This document shows, in pieces, positions 63,520-64,000 of a stretch of 64,000 nt of DNA. Source of the DNA: Torpedo marmorata (lineage: Eukaryota); the NCBI GenBank assembly GCA_977017645.1, contig OZ360222.1, forward strand, positions 157,790,001 through 157,854,000. The letters are read 5' to 3'. Under the pieces are notes generated by a model that was not told the DNA's origin, did no database searches, and saw only the letters and a list, made by a program, of their open reading frames with translations. A program made the translations under genes and the position numbers. The number at the start of each line of letters is the position of its first letter. The stretch's first letter is position 1.

Positions 63520-63695
63520 GTAAGTTAACCAGTGTTTAAAATTGCTTCTAGAATATTTGTGCAATGTTGTGCAGTTAGTTTGAAGTGGGACAAGGTGTTC
63601 CTTTTAAAACTGCCCTGTGATGGAGGGTGTTCTATAAACTACTGTAATTCCAATTTTTTGCACTTTTAATTGCTGATCGACTTTCTTCCTCTTAG

Positions 63696-63735
63696 GGGTG
63701 ATCGTCGCCAGGATCGTCGGGAAAGACCATATTGA
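63696..63735 (+). CDS. EWSR1: EWSR1 exon 17 (PY-NLS, stop)
   Basis: GDRRQDRRERPY*. Confidence 0.97.
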
Positions 63736-64000
63736 AGTAGATGACCCATCTGATTTTCTGTTTACTACAACAAATATTTTTTAAAAATGTTTTAAATTTG
63801 TAATTCCGTATTTATAATGTTGTTTGCAACAACATTACGGCAATATTTCGGTATTGTATTAGTTTTTCAGTGGATATAGCCGAGTCAGGAAGTAAATTTC
63901 ATGTTAGGGTGACTTTTCGCTTAATTTTTACTTTTGTCAAGGTGAATGTAATGATGTGAACGAGATCCTGAAGAGCATGCAAAACAAAAATGTACAGTGC

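Noticed and set aside
63121-63564. Pro-rich antisense ORF
   Set aside because: Mirror of the RGG codons in EWSR1 exon 16

Overview
Eukaryotic (vertebrate) genomic DNA. The repeat content (V-SINE/HE1-like, DeuSINE, CR1, Penelope-like, Rex/Babar) suggests a cartilaginous fish, but that is an inference. The window holds the conserved EMID1-RHBDD3-EWSR1 block: the last coding exons of EMID1 (+), the complete RHBDD3 CDS (-, 5 coding exons, about 424 aa) and the complete EWSR1 CDS (+, 17 exons, about 650 aa). RHBDD3 and EWSR1 are head-to-head across a CpG-rich promoter. I built the exons by hand from splice sites and phase continuity; most entries in the ORF track are spurious. Main observations: (1) a pair of homologous, phase-incompatible (mutually exclusive) coiled-coil exons in EMID1; (2) an alternative terminal/poison exon module in EWSR1 intron 8 that appears conserved with human in nucleotide sequence but not in reading frame; (3) a U12 minor intron in RHBDD3; (4) hammerhead-ribozyme-like cores in Penelope-like repeats, including a 106-bp hairpin; (5) an L1 inserted into its own homologous position, making an about 0.8 kb foldback; (6) a 5S-derived SINE; (7) a duplicated fragment of the RHBDD3 last exon. 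Human comparisons are from memory and need alignment. Repeat boundaries without TSDs or TIRs are approximate. I found no prokaryote-type system such as CRISPR.
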